Virus record (IMG/VR): IMGVR_UViG_3300042937_000703
Location: 1 to 37,678 of that record
Source of the DNA: a virus
Taxonomy: Duplodnaviria; Caudoviricetes
Length of the DNA: 37,678 nucleotides
Direction: 5' to 3' (one strand)
In this document: positions 8,901 to 15,901 of the stretch, one piece after another
Layout of the letters: every line of letters begins with the position of its first letter
How positions within the stretch are numbered: the first letter of the stretch is position 1
Notes under the pieces: generated by a model
The model's input: only the letters and a program-made list of their open reading frames with translations
What the model was told of the DNA's origin: nothing
Database searches by the model: none
Program-made: the position numbers and the translations under genes

Positions 8901-11327
8901 GCCACACTCCTCGATGACGAGGCCACGCCCAAGCGCATGGCCGAGATCGAGGCCGCGCTGGCCAACCCGGATGCCACCGCCGAGGACATCTCCGCTCTCT
9001 CCGAAGAGTGGTCGATCCTCAACACCTTTGGCGACCTCGACAACCGATCCTCCGAAACGCTCGCACAGGGTCTCGACTGGCTCAAAGGTCAACTGCAAAT
9101 GGGACGCGAAGCGTGGCGGATCAAGGAGCAGGCCCGCATCGACGAGCAGAGGGCGCGTGCCGCATCGACCATCGAATGGCTCGGCAAAGGCACAGCCAAA
9201 AAACGCTTCGCCGACAAGGGACTCATGCAACGCATCACCGAGGTCGGGAACAACTACCTTCTCGACCACGCCAGTTTCGAGCAGTTCGTCACCGCCATGC
9301 TCCCGCCGGAGATCGCCGCGAACTTCTCCGTGCGTCTCCGCAAAGCCGACATGGCCGCGCAATCCGCAGAAATCCGCGATGGCAAAGGCATCCTTGATGC
9401 CGTCCGGGAAGGCGCGAAAGCCGCCAACATGTCAGCAGGCGATGCCATGCTCTGGCTCAAAGGAGATCAGAAAAATGCCGTAGCCTACCTTGAAGGCCGC
9501 AAAGTGAAGGACGAGCGCATCGCCATCGAACTCGCTCAAAAGATCGTCACCGGCGAGGCAGACCGCAGCAAGCTCACCGATGCCGATATCGAGACGCTCC
9601 GCAACGAACTCGCCGCACTCCCGGCGGACACGCAAAAAGAATATGTCACGATCAAGCGAGTCATCTTCCGTGGCGAGGATGTGAAGCTCGATATGTCCCG
9701 CGCCAAGGCCATCCAACTCCTGCTCTCATGGAGTCAACCGGATGTTCAAATCAAGATGCGAAAGGAAGGATGGACCGATGAAAGCGCCACCGACCTCAAG
9801 GCTCTCGTCAACGACCCCGTCTCCCGATCCGTTGTCAGCTACCTGCAAAGCCTCTACGGCAAAGGTGCAGGCATCGTGAATCCGGTCTACTCTCGGATGT
9901 TCGGAATGACCATGCCGCAGGTCAAAAACTACGCGCCCACCCGTTTCCTCAACGCCAAAGATTCAAAAGACATCGGCCTCGATGGGTCGCCCACAGCTAC
10001 TGGCACGACACCCAGCTTTGCAAAATCCCGTGTCACCCACTCGGCCAAAATCGCGCCGGAGGATGCTCTCACCGTGGCGCAAGGCCACATCGCCCAGCAA
10101 GCGCACTGGGTCCACTTCGCCGAACTCGCCCGCGAATTCCGCGCATTGCTCTCCTCACCGGATGTCCGCGAATCCCTCAAGCAAAAGCACGGAGATGCCG
10201 TCCTCAAAAGCGCCGAACTCTGGGCAGACCAACTGGAGCAACGAGGAGGCAACAAGGCCCGCGAATCCGCATGGCTCAACAATGTCATCGGCACAGCCAT
10301 CTCCGGCAAAGCAGTCGCCTCGCTCGGATTTAACCTTAAGACGCTCGCCATGCAGCTTGAGAACTCAATCCGCTTCGGCCTCTCGCTCGACATGAAGCAG
10401 ATCGCCTCGGCGATCTCACAACCCGGCAACATCATCGAAGACATCCAGACCGTCTGGGAATCCGATGCTATCCAGAACCGACTCCAAGGAGGCGCAACCG
10501 CCGAGGCGCGTTTCCTTTTCTCCCGCTACGCAGGCAAACCGAACTTCGCCGCAAAGATCGCCGAGGCATCGATGACCCCGATCAACTGGCTCGACTCCGC
10601 AGGAACCTCGATCTCCAGCGCCATCGTCTACAGGGCCAACCTCAATGACGCCCTCGACGCAGGCATGCCGGAGAACCTCGCCAAGCAAGCCGCACTCAAT
10701 GCCGCCAGCGAGGCCATCTATCGCTTCGCGCAGCCGGTCAGCTTCGGCCAGAAAAGCATCATCGAAAACAACGGGAATGTTTTTGCAAAAACCTTTTTCC
10801 TTTTCATGTCCGACCCGCGCCTCAAGACCGCCATCCTCGCAGATGCCGCTCGCGGGCTGGCTACCGGGCGAGGCAACGCCAGCGAACACATCCGCCGCAT
10901 CGTCGCCGTGGAACTCATGGCGCTCGTCTCCCATGTCATTTCCAGCGCATTCAAAGACACCTTTTCAGATGACGACGACGAGGAAATCTGGGGCATCGGC
11001 GGCTTTGCAAAAGCCATGCTCCTCGCCCCATTCCAAGGATTCTTCTTCGCAGGATCAGTGGCCGAGGTCGCCCTCTCCAAGCTCACCGGCCAAGGGTATT
11101 TCACCTCGTCGCAGAACCCGCTCCTCAACACCGCCGAGTCGGCAATACGCGCCGGTTCAAACCTCGATGACGCCTTCAACTTCAGCGACCCAGAAGCTAT
11201 GCTCAAACAATGGAACAACATCTTCCGCTCGATGGCAGTCACGCCAACCATGGCCGCGCCCGCCGTCCTCCTCAACATGGTCAAGCCTGCGCTCGGCCTC
11301 TACCAAAACGCCACCACCGAGGAGTGA
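2937..11327 (+). CDS. Giant internal virion / large polyvalent protein (2796 aa) with ART-like, ParB-like and other inserted domains
   Basis: gp16-like position. VVYHGT, YPVYLSIKNP and GYDGI are ART-like; DGHHRLAAA is ParB/Srx-like. Hydrophobic helical segments occur in the N- and C-terminal regions. Confidence 0.8.
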   Translation: MLSVTPTPVELIDDDTATRYYNEFDTLEGAERESRAEALRLWADQKDAEQKREQFDTLNKIYSDFDGYVSDSGLQDFDEESRYRTANRQFIASQFDQTPEEQQDIYSSFRDKWTESVNGKKGMSEKETFGLIKQGIDARNEVSEAANQIPGDIALSLFDSIGGGDPVDVPKLIETWKTKNADSIKKLPPGWEAPLLESAQAFHTETEGMLRDYAEPLKKVYDHLASVTGRDTERAGETNPKNQEEMDSMVDTLASMPKPVRERAYASVVLGAQKAGQDPKKFMEQWGESWSRTLNMVRTGALTAQEMAAESDLRMLENKQIPPDYYISKSTGEKIPLANRSFYDEADLRKVTPEEIAAEANQARQKVKRFEVIRELQSVADNQFDPIEKINKGGFLGFMEAMAYGSPQGLAYTATALVPVVGPYIAGAAMFSDEYNQLRQQGMGVDQAVQIGSVSAAVQAGLERTGAKALFGKLPAFEILMRKIGNPARVGKVGSAGVRFLAAATGEQFVEGAQDLTTPLVQDVSEALGADVPDVKWQPILEKWGGSRLDVLAASIPTILLGTGVATFADNKRFEQFDERQDLYRSMGMDDATIKKIEDGKDLAEKQQNFQSEFGKLTPENVKAGIAYMEGKIASAKDQQEDPNTHTLTRETLADGSKKFVIRDPKGDVKYTTSDEQTAQIALSELLRNQITGTTRGIFESISFFNQMNEAAGRGEDVQKFLLSNAPRNLLTDYEANPTEQNLNNLFETVRAFGQDISEPAELANFPVLASNQGVLAEGIFKSVIQIHEGATGDKVVRDVAQDNLKRAIAEGRIKMEWVRENLNQIIPQIDSERITGYRLRTETDTDVIESFSDVALAYMVGDVREEQIPEGFRGFLRRMAIIVKDIYRRAYNLKRLIADGKVDANFETLLADSVGLNQQARVDTTRERVGGELAQGTFNYSIGSMSERIAATAVIDKDGQILSSPLKTHAQLMEESAYDLDRGEFPPTQNFGFVTTTGRFVLQQEAQQLAQQAKQVQGNQPISGEIVSGLEREGRLNPEVDPLDGSVSEINKILREVGDQMDRGLTLQNYATRDDLPEFQSSAVDDAADFADYLTNDLASQFPKEFADRIKSAAGNILAQPVSTDTNYSIGTPQFKGWFGEWDVDPTTASKVVDPDGKPMVVYHGTQRADRVGDRFRKSRATSGPMAFFTNDPAIASSYSTNKRDTSAEMPSDYAEWFKYKGKGMRSPVAIDRAWWNLSPEERASVNERIYTIGYSDWDAGEGPIVADSQSIMSRDSIDYELRQARGNGLRALVEMWLSSGSLFNQEERFLEVLQAAGVKGATLDDPNAARSAVYPVYLSIKNPLDTANIPGDVVSALEQAGKRKRAKQSAGGNPDAWDKNTISGNDWMAALKEDMAKGTTHAWTRIPDWVTETLSSLGYDGIKDTGGKNGGVQHEVWIPFNETQVKSATGNRGTFDPTSANINYSIGKNYSNEEKYNQIVPEISSVNPNKVSRRDMYEVAKVSPDVASNMSFEKPIEVSLFADGTLMLSDGHHRLAAAKQLGMNSIPAVVRSINAKGNHINALIAEQQPGATNYSIGESTDSVTPIAINFPAPNVPSDIKNLRKYIRQMIADSLQGKTIIVERTGTEVKFTAESRAESVSKARTPTQAAPMLEAEKIVLSGVPVDISEPDKNKKTYKGTRLFRRFAIPVSIGGDVYASHFTIREPLEYAENSGVFYEFNLGQKIESEDMGLPLTNASRLSEDNLPFNSDSNVSIEALINKVKGGTSNYSIASQSEIDRVNKALGGMNRGPDERLKVYQRAKQKFSKVMAWNSDELGAMADTGSDETQIRRTQLLQGFGELDAILQVLPPEVRGRVGGYTVLANIAPMDVFKDGVKVSEAKNMDGAIISAWMKEGQNIGQAGKQVSLPPGYTAKENLASKRADKALADFFRDRIKKIDTELEKVLVREYTEAIAKAVKQSRPKAGDNGVRTSTLGAETQKFADMVQRATLLDDEATPKRMAEIEAALANPDATAEDISALSEEWSILNTFGDLDNRSSETLAQGLDWLKGQLQMGREAWRIKEQARIDEQRARAASTIEWLGKGTAKKRFADKGLMQRITEVGNNYLLDHASFEQFVTAMLPPEIAANFSVRLRKADMAAQSAEIRDGKGILDAVREGAKAANMSAGDAMLWLKGDQKNAVAYLEGRKVKDERIAIELAQKIVTGEADRSKLTDADIETLRNELAALPADTQKEYVTIKRVIFRGEDVKLDMSRAKAIQLLLSWSQPDVQIKMRKEGWTDESATDLKALVNDPVSRSVVSYLQSLYGKGAGIVNPVYSRMFGMTMPQVKNYAPTRFLNAKDSKDIGLDGSPTATGTTPSFAKSRVTHSAKIAPEDALTVAQGHIAQQAHWVHFAELAREFRALLSSPDVRESLKQKHGDAVLKSAELWADQLEQRGGNKARESAWLNNVIGTAISGKAVASLGFNLKTLAMQLENSIRFGLSLDMKQIASAISQPGNIIEDIQTVWESDAIQNRLQGGATAEARFLFSRYAGKPNFAAKIAEASMTPINWLDSAGTSISSAIVYRANLNDALDAGMPENLAKQAALNAASEAIYRFAQPVSFGQKSIIENNGNVFAKTFFLFMSDPRLKTAILADAARGLATGRGNASEHIRRIVAVELMALVSHVISSAFKDTFSDDDDEEIWGIGGFAKAMLLAPFQGFFFAGSVAEVALSKLTGQGYFTSSQNPLLNTAESAIRAGSNLDDAFNFSDPEAMLKQWNNIFRSMAVTPTMAAPAVLLNMVKPALGLYQNATTEE
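6304..6318 (+). promoter_or_regulatory. 15-bp motif variant TTTCGACTGATACCA inside the giant gene
   Basis: One mismatch; part of a 21-bp identity with 25941-25961. Confidence 0.55.
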
Positions 11328-11342
11328 TTTTTGACTCGCCTG

Positions 11343-11357
11343 TTTTGACTGATACCA
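11343..11357 (+). promoter_or_regulatory. 15-bp motif TTTTGACTGATACCA, 7 nt before the holin ATG
   Basis: Exact copy; function inferred. Confidence 0.7.
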
Positions 11358-11364
11358 TCCAACC

Positions 11365-11541
11365 ATGAAAAACCTCATCACCTACATTTTAAACAGGGCG
11401 CAGGAGCAAAGTTCTTGGAGAGGCTTAATTTTAATTTTGACCGCCTGCGGTTTGCGTCTGGAACCCCAACTTCAAGAGGGAATCTTGGCGGTTGGTTTAT
11501 CCGCAGTTGGGTTGATCAATCTGCTTCGCAAAGAAAAATGA
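11365..11541 (+). CDS. Putative holin (58 aa; not in the ORF track)
   Basis: Translated by hand as MKNLITYILNRAQEQSSWRGLILILTACGLRLEPQLQEGILAVGLSAVGLINLLRKEK. Two hydrophobic segments and a basic C-terminus, upstream of the endolysin. Confidence 0.65.
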   Translation: MKNLITYILNRAQEQSSWRGLILILTACGLRLEPQLQEGILAVGLSAVGLINLLRKEK

Positions 11542-11786
11542 CCCCGGGCCGGATCGCCGCAGGGATGATCATGCTGGGCTGGATTTTCCTCGCCCTCGCA
11601 TTCTTGACCTCCTGCGTGAGCATCCCGGTCCCGCCGTTCGGCGACCGAGTCGGCGAGATGGGCAACCTGCAACTCAGCGTCTCCGTCAAATACATGCCGG
11701 TGCAAAACCCCGATCTCCCGAAAGACGACAACCTGTCCTATGCCTGGTCGAAATTCGGCGAGGTAAAAGCCCTCAAAGACAAATGA
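11538..11786 (+). CDS. Lipoprotein, possibly spanin-like
   Basis: ATG overlaps the holin stop (ATGA). A hydrophobic signal ends in the lipobox-like LTSC. It lies inside the lysis cassette. Confidence 0.55.
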   Translation: MTPGRIAAGMIMLGWIFLALAFLTSCVSIPVPPFGDRVGEMGNLQLSVSVKYMPVQNPDLPKDDNLSYAWSKFGEVKALKDK

Positions 11787-12328
11787 CCAAACTCCTCGCC
11801 GAAATCGCCGCCGCCGAAGTCGGAATCCGCGAGGAAGGCGGCAACAACAACGGATCCAAAATCCGCGACTACCAGCGGGCCACCGACCTCAAGCCCGCCT
11901 CATGGCCATGGTGTGCTGCGTTCGTTGATTGGTGCATCCGCGAGTGGCTCGCCCGCCCCGGCGTCCGCGACTGGCTCAACCTCCAATCCTCAACGCCGGA
12001 AGAGTGGCGACCAAAGACCGCGCTCGCCTACGGTTTCATCGGCTGGGCGAAGGCTCGCCCCAAGACCTCAGTCATCCTCCACGACCGCGACCTCGCCCAA
12101 CCCGGCGACATTGTCGTCTTCGACTTCTCGCATGTCGGAATCGTCGAGTCCGATTCCGGCCACCAGATCATCACCATCGAAGGAAACACCAATGGCCGAG
12201 GCGACCGCGACTCCGAGTCCGGTGACGGGGTCTGGCGCAAAGCCCGCCAGAAGACAATCGCCCGGAATTTCATCCGAATCCGCCCTGTCTTGGCACTTTC
12301 TGGCACTGCGCCTGTAAGTCGTTCGTAG
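11783..12328 (+). CDS. Endolysin, CHAP-family amidase/peptidase
   Basis: WCAAFVDW (catalytic Cys), HVGIV (catalytic His) and TIEGNT motifs. Confidence 0.88.
   Translation: MTKLLAEIAAAEVGIREEGGNNNGSKIRDYQRATDLKPASWPWCAAFVDWCIREWLARPGVRDWLNLQSSTPEEWRPKTALAYGFIGWAKARPKTSVILHDRDLAQPGDIVVFDFSHVGIVESDSGHQIITIEGNTNGRGDRDSESGDGVWRKARQKTIARNFIRIRPVLALSGTAPVSRS
12291..12308 (+). repeat. Putative integrase arm-type sites (tandem TGGCACT), left of the att core
   Basis: TGGCACTTTCTGGCACTG, with a 10-bp period; the same pattern recurs at 12511-12528. Confidence 0.65.
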
Positions 12329-12341
12329 TCAGTAGCCGTTT

Positions 12342-12400
12342 CTCGACTCGAAATCGAACGTAGCGCAAGCTACCGCGGGTTCGAATCCCGCCCCTTCCGC
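12342..12400 (+). other. attP core: 3' half of a tRNA-Ser(CGA)
   Basis: Anticodon arm TCGA-CTCGAAA-TCGA, long variable arm GTAGC-GCAA-GCTAC, T arm GCGGG-TTCGAAT-CCCGC and the acceptor 3' strand. No 5' half. Directly upstream of the integrase. Confidence 0.85.
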
Positions 12401-12510
12401 TCCTCCAGTAAAGCCTCTGGAGCCTTTTCCCAAGCGGGTCTACAGACCTCCCTCATCTTTTGCTTCGTGTTTTTTTCTGTTGCGTGGTTTTGCTTTTGAG
12501 GGGATGTTTT

Positions 12511-12535
12511 TGGCACTAGTTGGCACTGACTGCCA
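12511..12535 (+). repeat. Putative integrase arm-type sites, right of the att core
   Basis: TGGCACTAGTTGGCACTGACTGCCA: two direct copies plus an inverted TGCCA. Confidence 0.65.
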
Positions 12536-12552
12536 AAACACCAAGCAACAGA

Positions 12553-13551
12553 ATGAAACACAACCCCTATGCGGTGCGGTTTGAAGATTCGCGAAATCGA
12601 TGGGTGCTTGATCTCAAAGCATCCCATTTCGGGGATCGGAAACGGATGTTTTTTGAGACGGAGTTGGAGGCGCATTCGGAGGGGGCGCGGTTGGTGGATG
12701 TGTTGCGCGAGAAGGGGCGCGAAGGCGTGAGGACCGAAGAGGGCGGGATGTCGGTGGCGGTGGCGACCCGGATGTTCACGGCGGAGAACGCGACGAAATC
12801 GAAGTCGCATTTTGCGAAAGTCGAGATGTTGTGCCGGGAACTGAACTCGAAATGGTCGGGTCCGTTGACTGCCATTGAGCCGGTGGCGCTGACGAGATGG
12901 ATCAACCAGACCTCGGATTCCCCGACCACTAGGGCGATGTGGTTTCGTTATGCCCGAATGTTTTTCCGATGGGCTGCGAGGATGAGGTTCATCGAGCGGT
13001 CTCCGGTCGAGGGGATGCGGTCTCCGAAGGCGACACCGGCGCGGAACATTTTGACGGCTTCGCAAATGAAGGAATTGCTGAAAGCTCCGATGCCGGACGA
13101 GATTCGTGCGTTGCTCTTGCTTGGCGGGTTCGCGGGCCTGCGGACCATCGAGGTGGCGCGGATGAATTGGGAGGATGTGGATTTCAAATCGAAGCAAATC
13201 CATATTCGGCCCGAGGTCTCCAAGCAGACCACGGGAATGCTGGAGCGGGTCGTGGATATGACCGAGCCGCTGGTGAAACGGCGGGAATTTTTCAAAGGGA
13301 AGAAAGGCGTGATCGTGAAAGGATCGCTGGAGGCGTTGCATGAGGCGCGGCGGCGCGTGGCACTTGCTCTTGGCTGGGAGGGCTGGCCAGAGAATGCGCT
13401 GCGGCATTCGTTCGCGACCTATCACCTCGGGCGCTGCGGGAATGCCGGTTTGACCGCTTACCAGATGGGTCACACCTCGCCCGCGATGGTGCAGCGGGTC
13501 TATGCGGTTCCCGCCGTTCGGGCCGATTGGAAGGCGTTCTGGAGGATTTGA
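12553..13551 (+). CDS. int: Tyrosine integrase
   Basis: GLR, NALRHSFATY, MGHTS and the catalytic Tyr (RVYA). Adjacent to the tRNA-derived attP. ATG 12553 is preferred over TTG 12520. Confidence 0.93.
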   Translation: MKHNPYAVRFEDSRNRWVLDLKASHFGDRKRMFFETELEAHSEGARLVDVLREKGREGVRTEEGGMSVAVATRMFTAENATKSKSHFAKVEMLCRELNSKWSGPLTAIEPVALTRWINQTSDSPTTRAMWFRYARMFFRWAARMRFIERSPVEGMRSPKATPARNILTASQMKELLKAPMPDEIRALLLLGGFAGLRTIEVARMNWEDVDFKSKQIHIRPEVSKQTTGMLERVVDMTEPLVKRREFFKGKKGVIVKGSLEALHEARRRVALALGWEGWPENALRHSFATYHLGRCGNAGLTAYQMGHTSPAMVQRVYAVPAVRADWKAFWRI

Positions 13552-13554
13552 CCT

Positions 13555-13737
13555 ATGCCCTACGCCAACAAAAAAACGCAGCGGAAATTCATGGCGAAGC
13601 AATATGCGAATCGCTACCGCACCGATGAGAAATTCAAGGAGGCGGAGAAGGATCGCAAAGCGGATTGGTATCAACGGAACCGCGAGAAGGTGATTGCGCG
13701 GGTGATGGAGAACAAGGCGAAGAAGGTGAAGCGATGA
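13555..13737 (+). CDS. Small basic hypothetical protein
   Basis: 60-aa Lys/Arg-rich ORF tightly packed between its neighbours. Confidence 0.6.
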   Translation: MPYANKKTQRKFMAKQYANRYRTDEKFKEAEKDRKADWYQRNREKVIARVMENKAKKVKR

Positions 13738-13910
13738 GCGTCTTCATTGTTTCCGGTTGGTTGTGTCTCTTTGTGGCGTCTTGCTTATTCATGGGCGAAT
13801 ACGCGCCAGCTGGTAATTGGTGGAACAAAACATGGTTCGGAATTTACATTTTCTGCATGGTAGTTTTAGGGGTTGCCGTGATCTATTTTAGTTTTTCTGC
13901 GGTGAAATAA
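13734..13910 (+). CDS. Small two-TM membrane protein
   Basis: ATGA overlap with the previous gene; two hydrophobic stretches; AT-rich sequence. Confidence 0.55.
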   Translation: MSVFIVSGWLCLFVASCLFMGEYAPAGNWWNKTWFGIYIFCMVVLGVAVIYFSFSAVK

Positions 13911-14120
13911 TATCCCGCACACAGCCAGCATTCATGCGGGTTGGCGGTCGGGTGGATGGTTTTGATTTGGGGCGCTGGTCAAGTCCCCTCGCCTGCGGAG
14001 CGTCTGTTTAAGCGGGTGAAAATTTATTTTTGCCTGCGGAGCCTTTGCCCATGCGGTTGTCAAGTGTTTTTATTGGGTAGGGTTTCACCTTATTGGAAAA
14101 AAATAAAAAAAATGCTTGGC

Positions 14121-14134
14121 GGGTGTCAGACACC
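14121..14134. promoter_or_regulatory. Palindromic operator 1 (GGTGTC-A-GACACC) inside a putative promoter
   Basis: Lies between TTGGCG (14116-14121) and TATTGT (14140-14145), just upstream of ATG 14152. A second copy is at 14449. Confidence 0.6.
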
Positions 14135-14151
14135 AGACTTATTGTTCTTCC

Positions 14152-14331
14152 ATGCCTGACAAACGAGCAGCAAACAAAGTCCGGGTAACGGTGCCTATAG
14201 AGGACACCTTGCTGGCAAGAATTGAGGAGTTCGCAAAGGAACAAGGCATCGACCGTGTCGCGGCCATGAAGCTCATGTGCGACTCCTACATGAAAGAGAA
14301 AAAACAAACCAAAACCAAAAAACCACGATGA
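14152..14331 (+). CDS. Ribbon-helix-helix (CopG/Arc-like) regulator 1
   Basis: An alternating beta strand (KVRVTVPI) followed by two helices (LLARIEEFAKEQG, RVAAMKLMCDSYM). Confidence 0.7.
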   Translation: MPDKRAANKVRVTVPIEDTLLARIEEFAKEQGIDRVAAMKLMCDSYMKEKKQTKTKKPR

Positions 14332-14516
14332 CAAAAATCACTTTTCCAATTGAACGCGCCATGAGGGATCAACTGGCGGAGATCGCTAAAACCGAGCGCC
14401 GGTCTCTGGCTTTTATTATGAGGGAAGCGGCGACTATTTTTTTGGACAGGGTGTCAGACACCCCCGCCAATAAGGCGCAGAAAACTCTCACAAAGAAAGC
14501 GAGGAAGGCGGCGTGA
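14328..14516 (+). CDS. Ribbon-helix-helix (CopG/Arc-like) regulator 2
   Basis: MTKITFPI ... LAEIAKTERRSLAFIMREA fits the RHH pattern; ATGA-coupled to regulator 1. Confidence 0.72.
   Translation: MTKITFPIERAMRDQLAEIAKTERRSLAFIMREAATIFLDRVSDTPANKAQKTLTKKARKAA
14449..14463. promoter_or_regulatory. Palindromic operator 2 (GGGTGTC-A-GACACCC)
   Basis: Perfect 7-bp inverted repeat sharing 14 bp with operator 1; upstream of the xis-like gene. Confidence 0.6.
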
Positions 14517-14722
14517 GCGCGAACCTTCTTATGACGGTGGAGGAGGCGGCGTTAATGACCGGCTACGCTCCGTGGACGATTCGGCAGTTCTGCAACAAGG
14601 GGATGTTCACGGCGGAGAAACCCCGTGGCGACCGTGGCGGGTGGCGCATCCTGCGGCCTTCGATTGAAAAATGGTATGCGGACAAGCGCCGTGCATCGCT
14701 CAACACCCGGAGGGCTTCCTAA
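14513..14722 (+). CDS. Excisionase-like helix-turn-helix protein
   Basis: LMTVEEAALMTGYAPWTIRQFC...G...WRI pattern typical of Xis/MerR-like HTH proteins. Confidence 0.75.
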   Translation: MSANLLMTVEEAALMTGYAPWTIRQFCNKGMFTAEKPRGDRGGWRILRPSIEKWYADKRRASLNTRRAS

Positions 14723-14823
14723 TGGACACGATTCTCCGCTGCCTAGATTACGCTTTCGATTTCCTCTGGATGGTATCGCCGGTCGTCATCCTCGGGGTTT
14801 GTGCATGGAGGTTGGCCCGATGA
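14722..14823 (+). CDS. Small membrane peptide (33 aa; not in the ORF track)
   Basis: MDTILRCLDYAFDFLWMVSPVVILGVCAWRLAR. Its start overlaps the upstream stop and its stop overlaps the downstream start. Confidence 0.5.
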   Translation: MDTILRCLDYAFDFLWMVSPVVILGVCAWRLAR

Positions 14824-14972
14824 GTGCAGGATTCGCCATCGCCCTCGCCATCCTCACCCTTGGCTCCTGCCTCGCGAGCTACCACTGCGGGCAGCGAAAT
14901 ATGTTTATCCGCATGCGCCGTTTCGAGGAACGCCGCAGGCGATGGGCGGAATGGGAAGATTTCGAGGACTAA
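14820..14972 (+). CDS. Small single-TM protein (50 aa)
   Basis: MSAGFAIALAILTLGSCLASY followed by a charged tail; ATGA overlap. Confidence 0.5.
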   Translation: MSAGFAIALAILTLGSCLASYHCGQRNMFIRMRRFEERRRRWAEWEDFED

Positions 14973-15055
14973 CCTCCTCACCACAAGAAAACGACCCCGA
15001 AGGACGGCAATCCGACGGGGCCAAGTCAAAACCACAAGAACGCAGTAATAACTAA

Positions 15056-15901
15056 ATGAAAAATACAGAAACACAGATCGAAGTCAAACAACCTCGGGCA
15101 ACGGCGCTTGGCATCATGGCCGACCGCTTGTCCGTAGACCCCTCCAAACTCCTCGACACCCTCAAGGCAACTTGCTTCAAGGGCGCGAGCAACGAAGAAA
15201 TGCTGGCCTTGGTTGCCGTGAGCAACCGCTACGGGTTAGACCCACTGACCAAGCAAATCTACGCCTTCCCAAGCAAGGGAGGAATCACGCCGGTCGTCTC
15301 GGTGGACGGGTGGCTACACATCCTTAACTCGCAGCCGCAATTCGACGGCATCGAGTTTTTGTTTGAGGATGGCCCGGACGGCAAACCGGCATCGGTCACG
15401 GCGGTGGTCTACCGCAAGGATCGCACCCACGCGACCAAGGTGACCGAGTATTTTGCGGAATGCTACCGTCCCACGGAGCCGTGGAAACAATTCCCTCGCC
15501 GGATGCTTCGGCACAAGGCGGTGAAGGAGGCCGTGCGTGTGGCTTTTGGAATCTCCGGCATCACCGATGAGGACGAGGCCCGCGACATCGCCAAGAACAC
15601 GGTGGCTTTTGAAAAGGTGCGGGTGGAGAAACCGGTGGCGGAAGCACCGAAGCTGATCGAGGTCGAGGCCGTGGCGGTTTCGGCTGATACCGAGGCAATT
15701 CCATCGGAAACCCCAAATTGGGCGGACGAATTGGAAAAGCGCATTTTCGAGCATGAGGCAAAGGTCAACGCCTTCCTCATTGCCAAAGGCCAGATCACTG
15801 AGGGCCAGACATTCCGCGACATCGCGGATGAGGGCTACCGCAACCGAGTGCTGTCGAACACGCCACGATTCATCGAGGCCGTTTTGAAGGAGGTCGCATG
15901 A
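15056..15901 (+). CDS. Bet/RecT-family single-strand annealing protein
   Basis: YGLDPLTKQIYAFP, VVSVDGW and W..FP.RMLRHKA motifs of lambda Bet-like proteins. Confidence 0.9.
   Translation: MKNTETQIEVKQPRATALGIMADRLSVDPSKLLDTLKATCFKGASNEEMLALVAVSNRYGLDPLTKQIYAFPSKGGITPVVSVDGWLHILNSQPQFDGIEFLFEDGPDGKPASVTAVVYRKDRTHATKVTEYFAECYRPTEPWKQFPRRMLRHKAVKEAVRVAFGISGITDEDEARDIAKNTVAFEKVRVEKPVAEAPKLIEVEAVAVSADTEAIPSETPNWADELEKRIFEHEAKVNAFLIAKGQITEGQTFRDIADEGYRNRVLSNTPRFIEAVLKEVA

Noticed and set aside
11415-11537. N-terminal extension of the lipoprotein ORF from TTG 11415
   Set aside because: It overlaps a better holin ORF (11365-11541), and the signal peptide begins at ATG 11538.
12342-12400. Complete tRNA-Ser gene
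   Set aside because: No 5' acceptor strand or D arm upstream; only the 3' half is present, as expected for attP.
12370-13674. 434-aa minus-strand ORF, and the many other long minus-strand ORFs
   Set aside because: They are shadows of + strand genes in GC-rich DNA, with no recognisable motifs and full overlap with well-supported genes.
14035-14063. Leftward sigma70 promoter from TTGACA on the minus strand (14058-14063)
   Set aside because: No plausible -10 at the right spacing and no convincing leftward gene.
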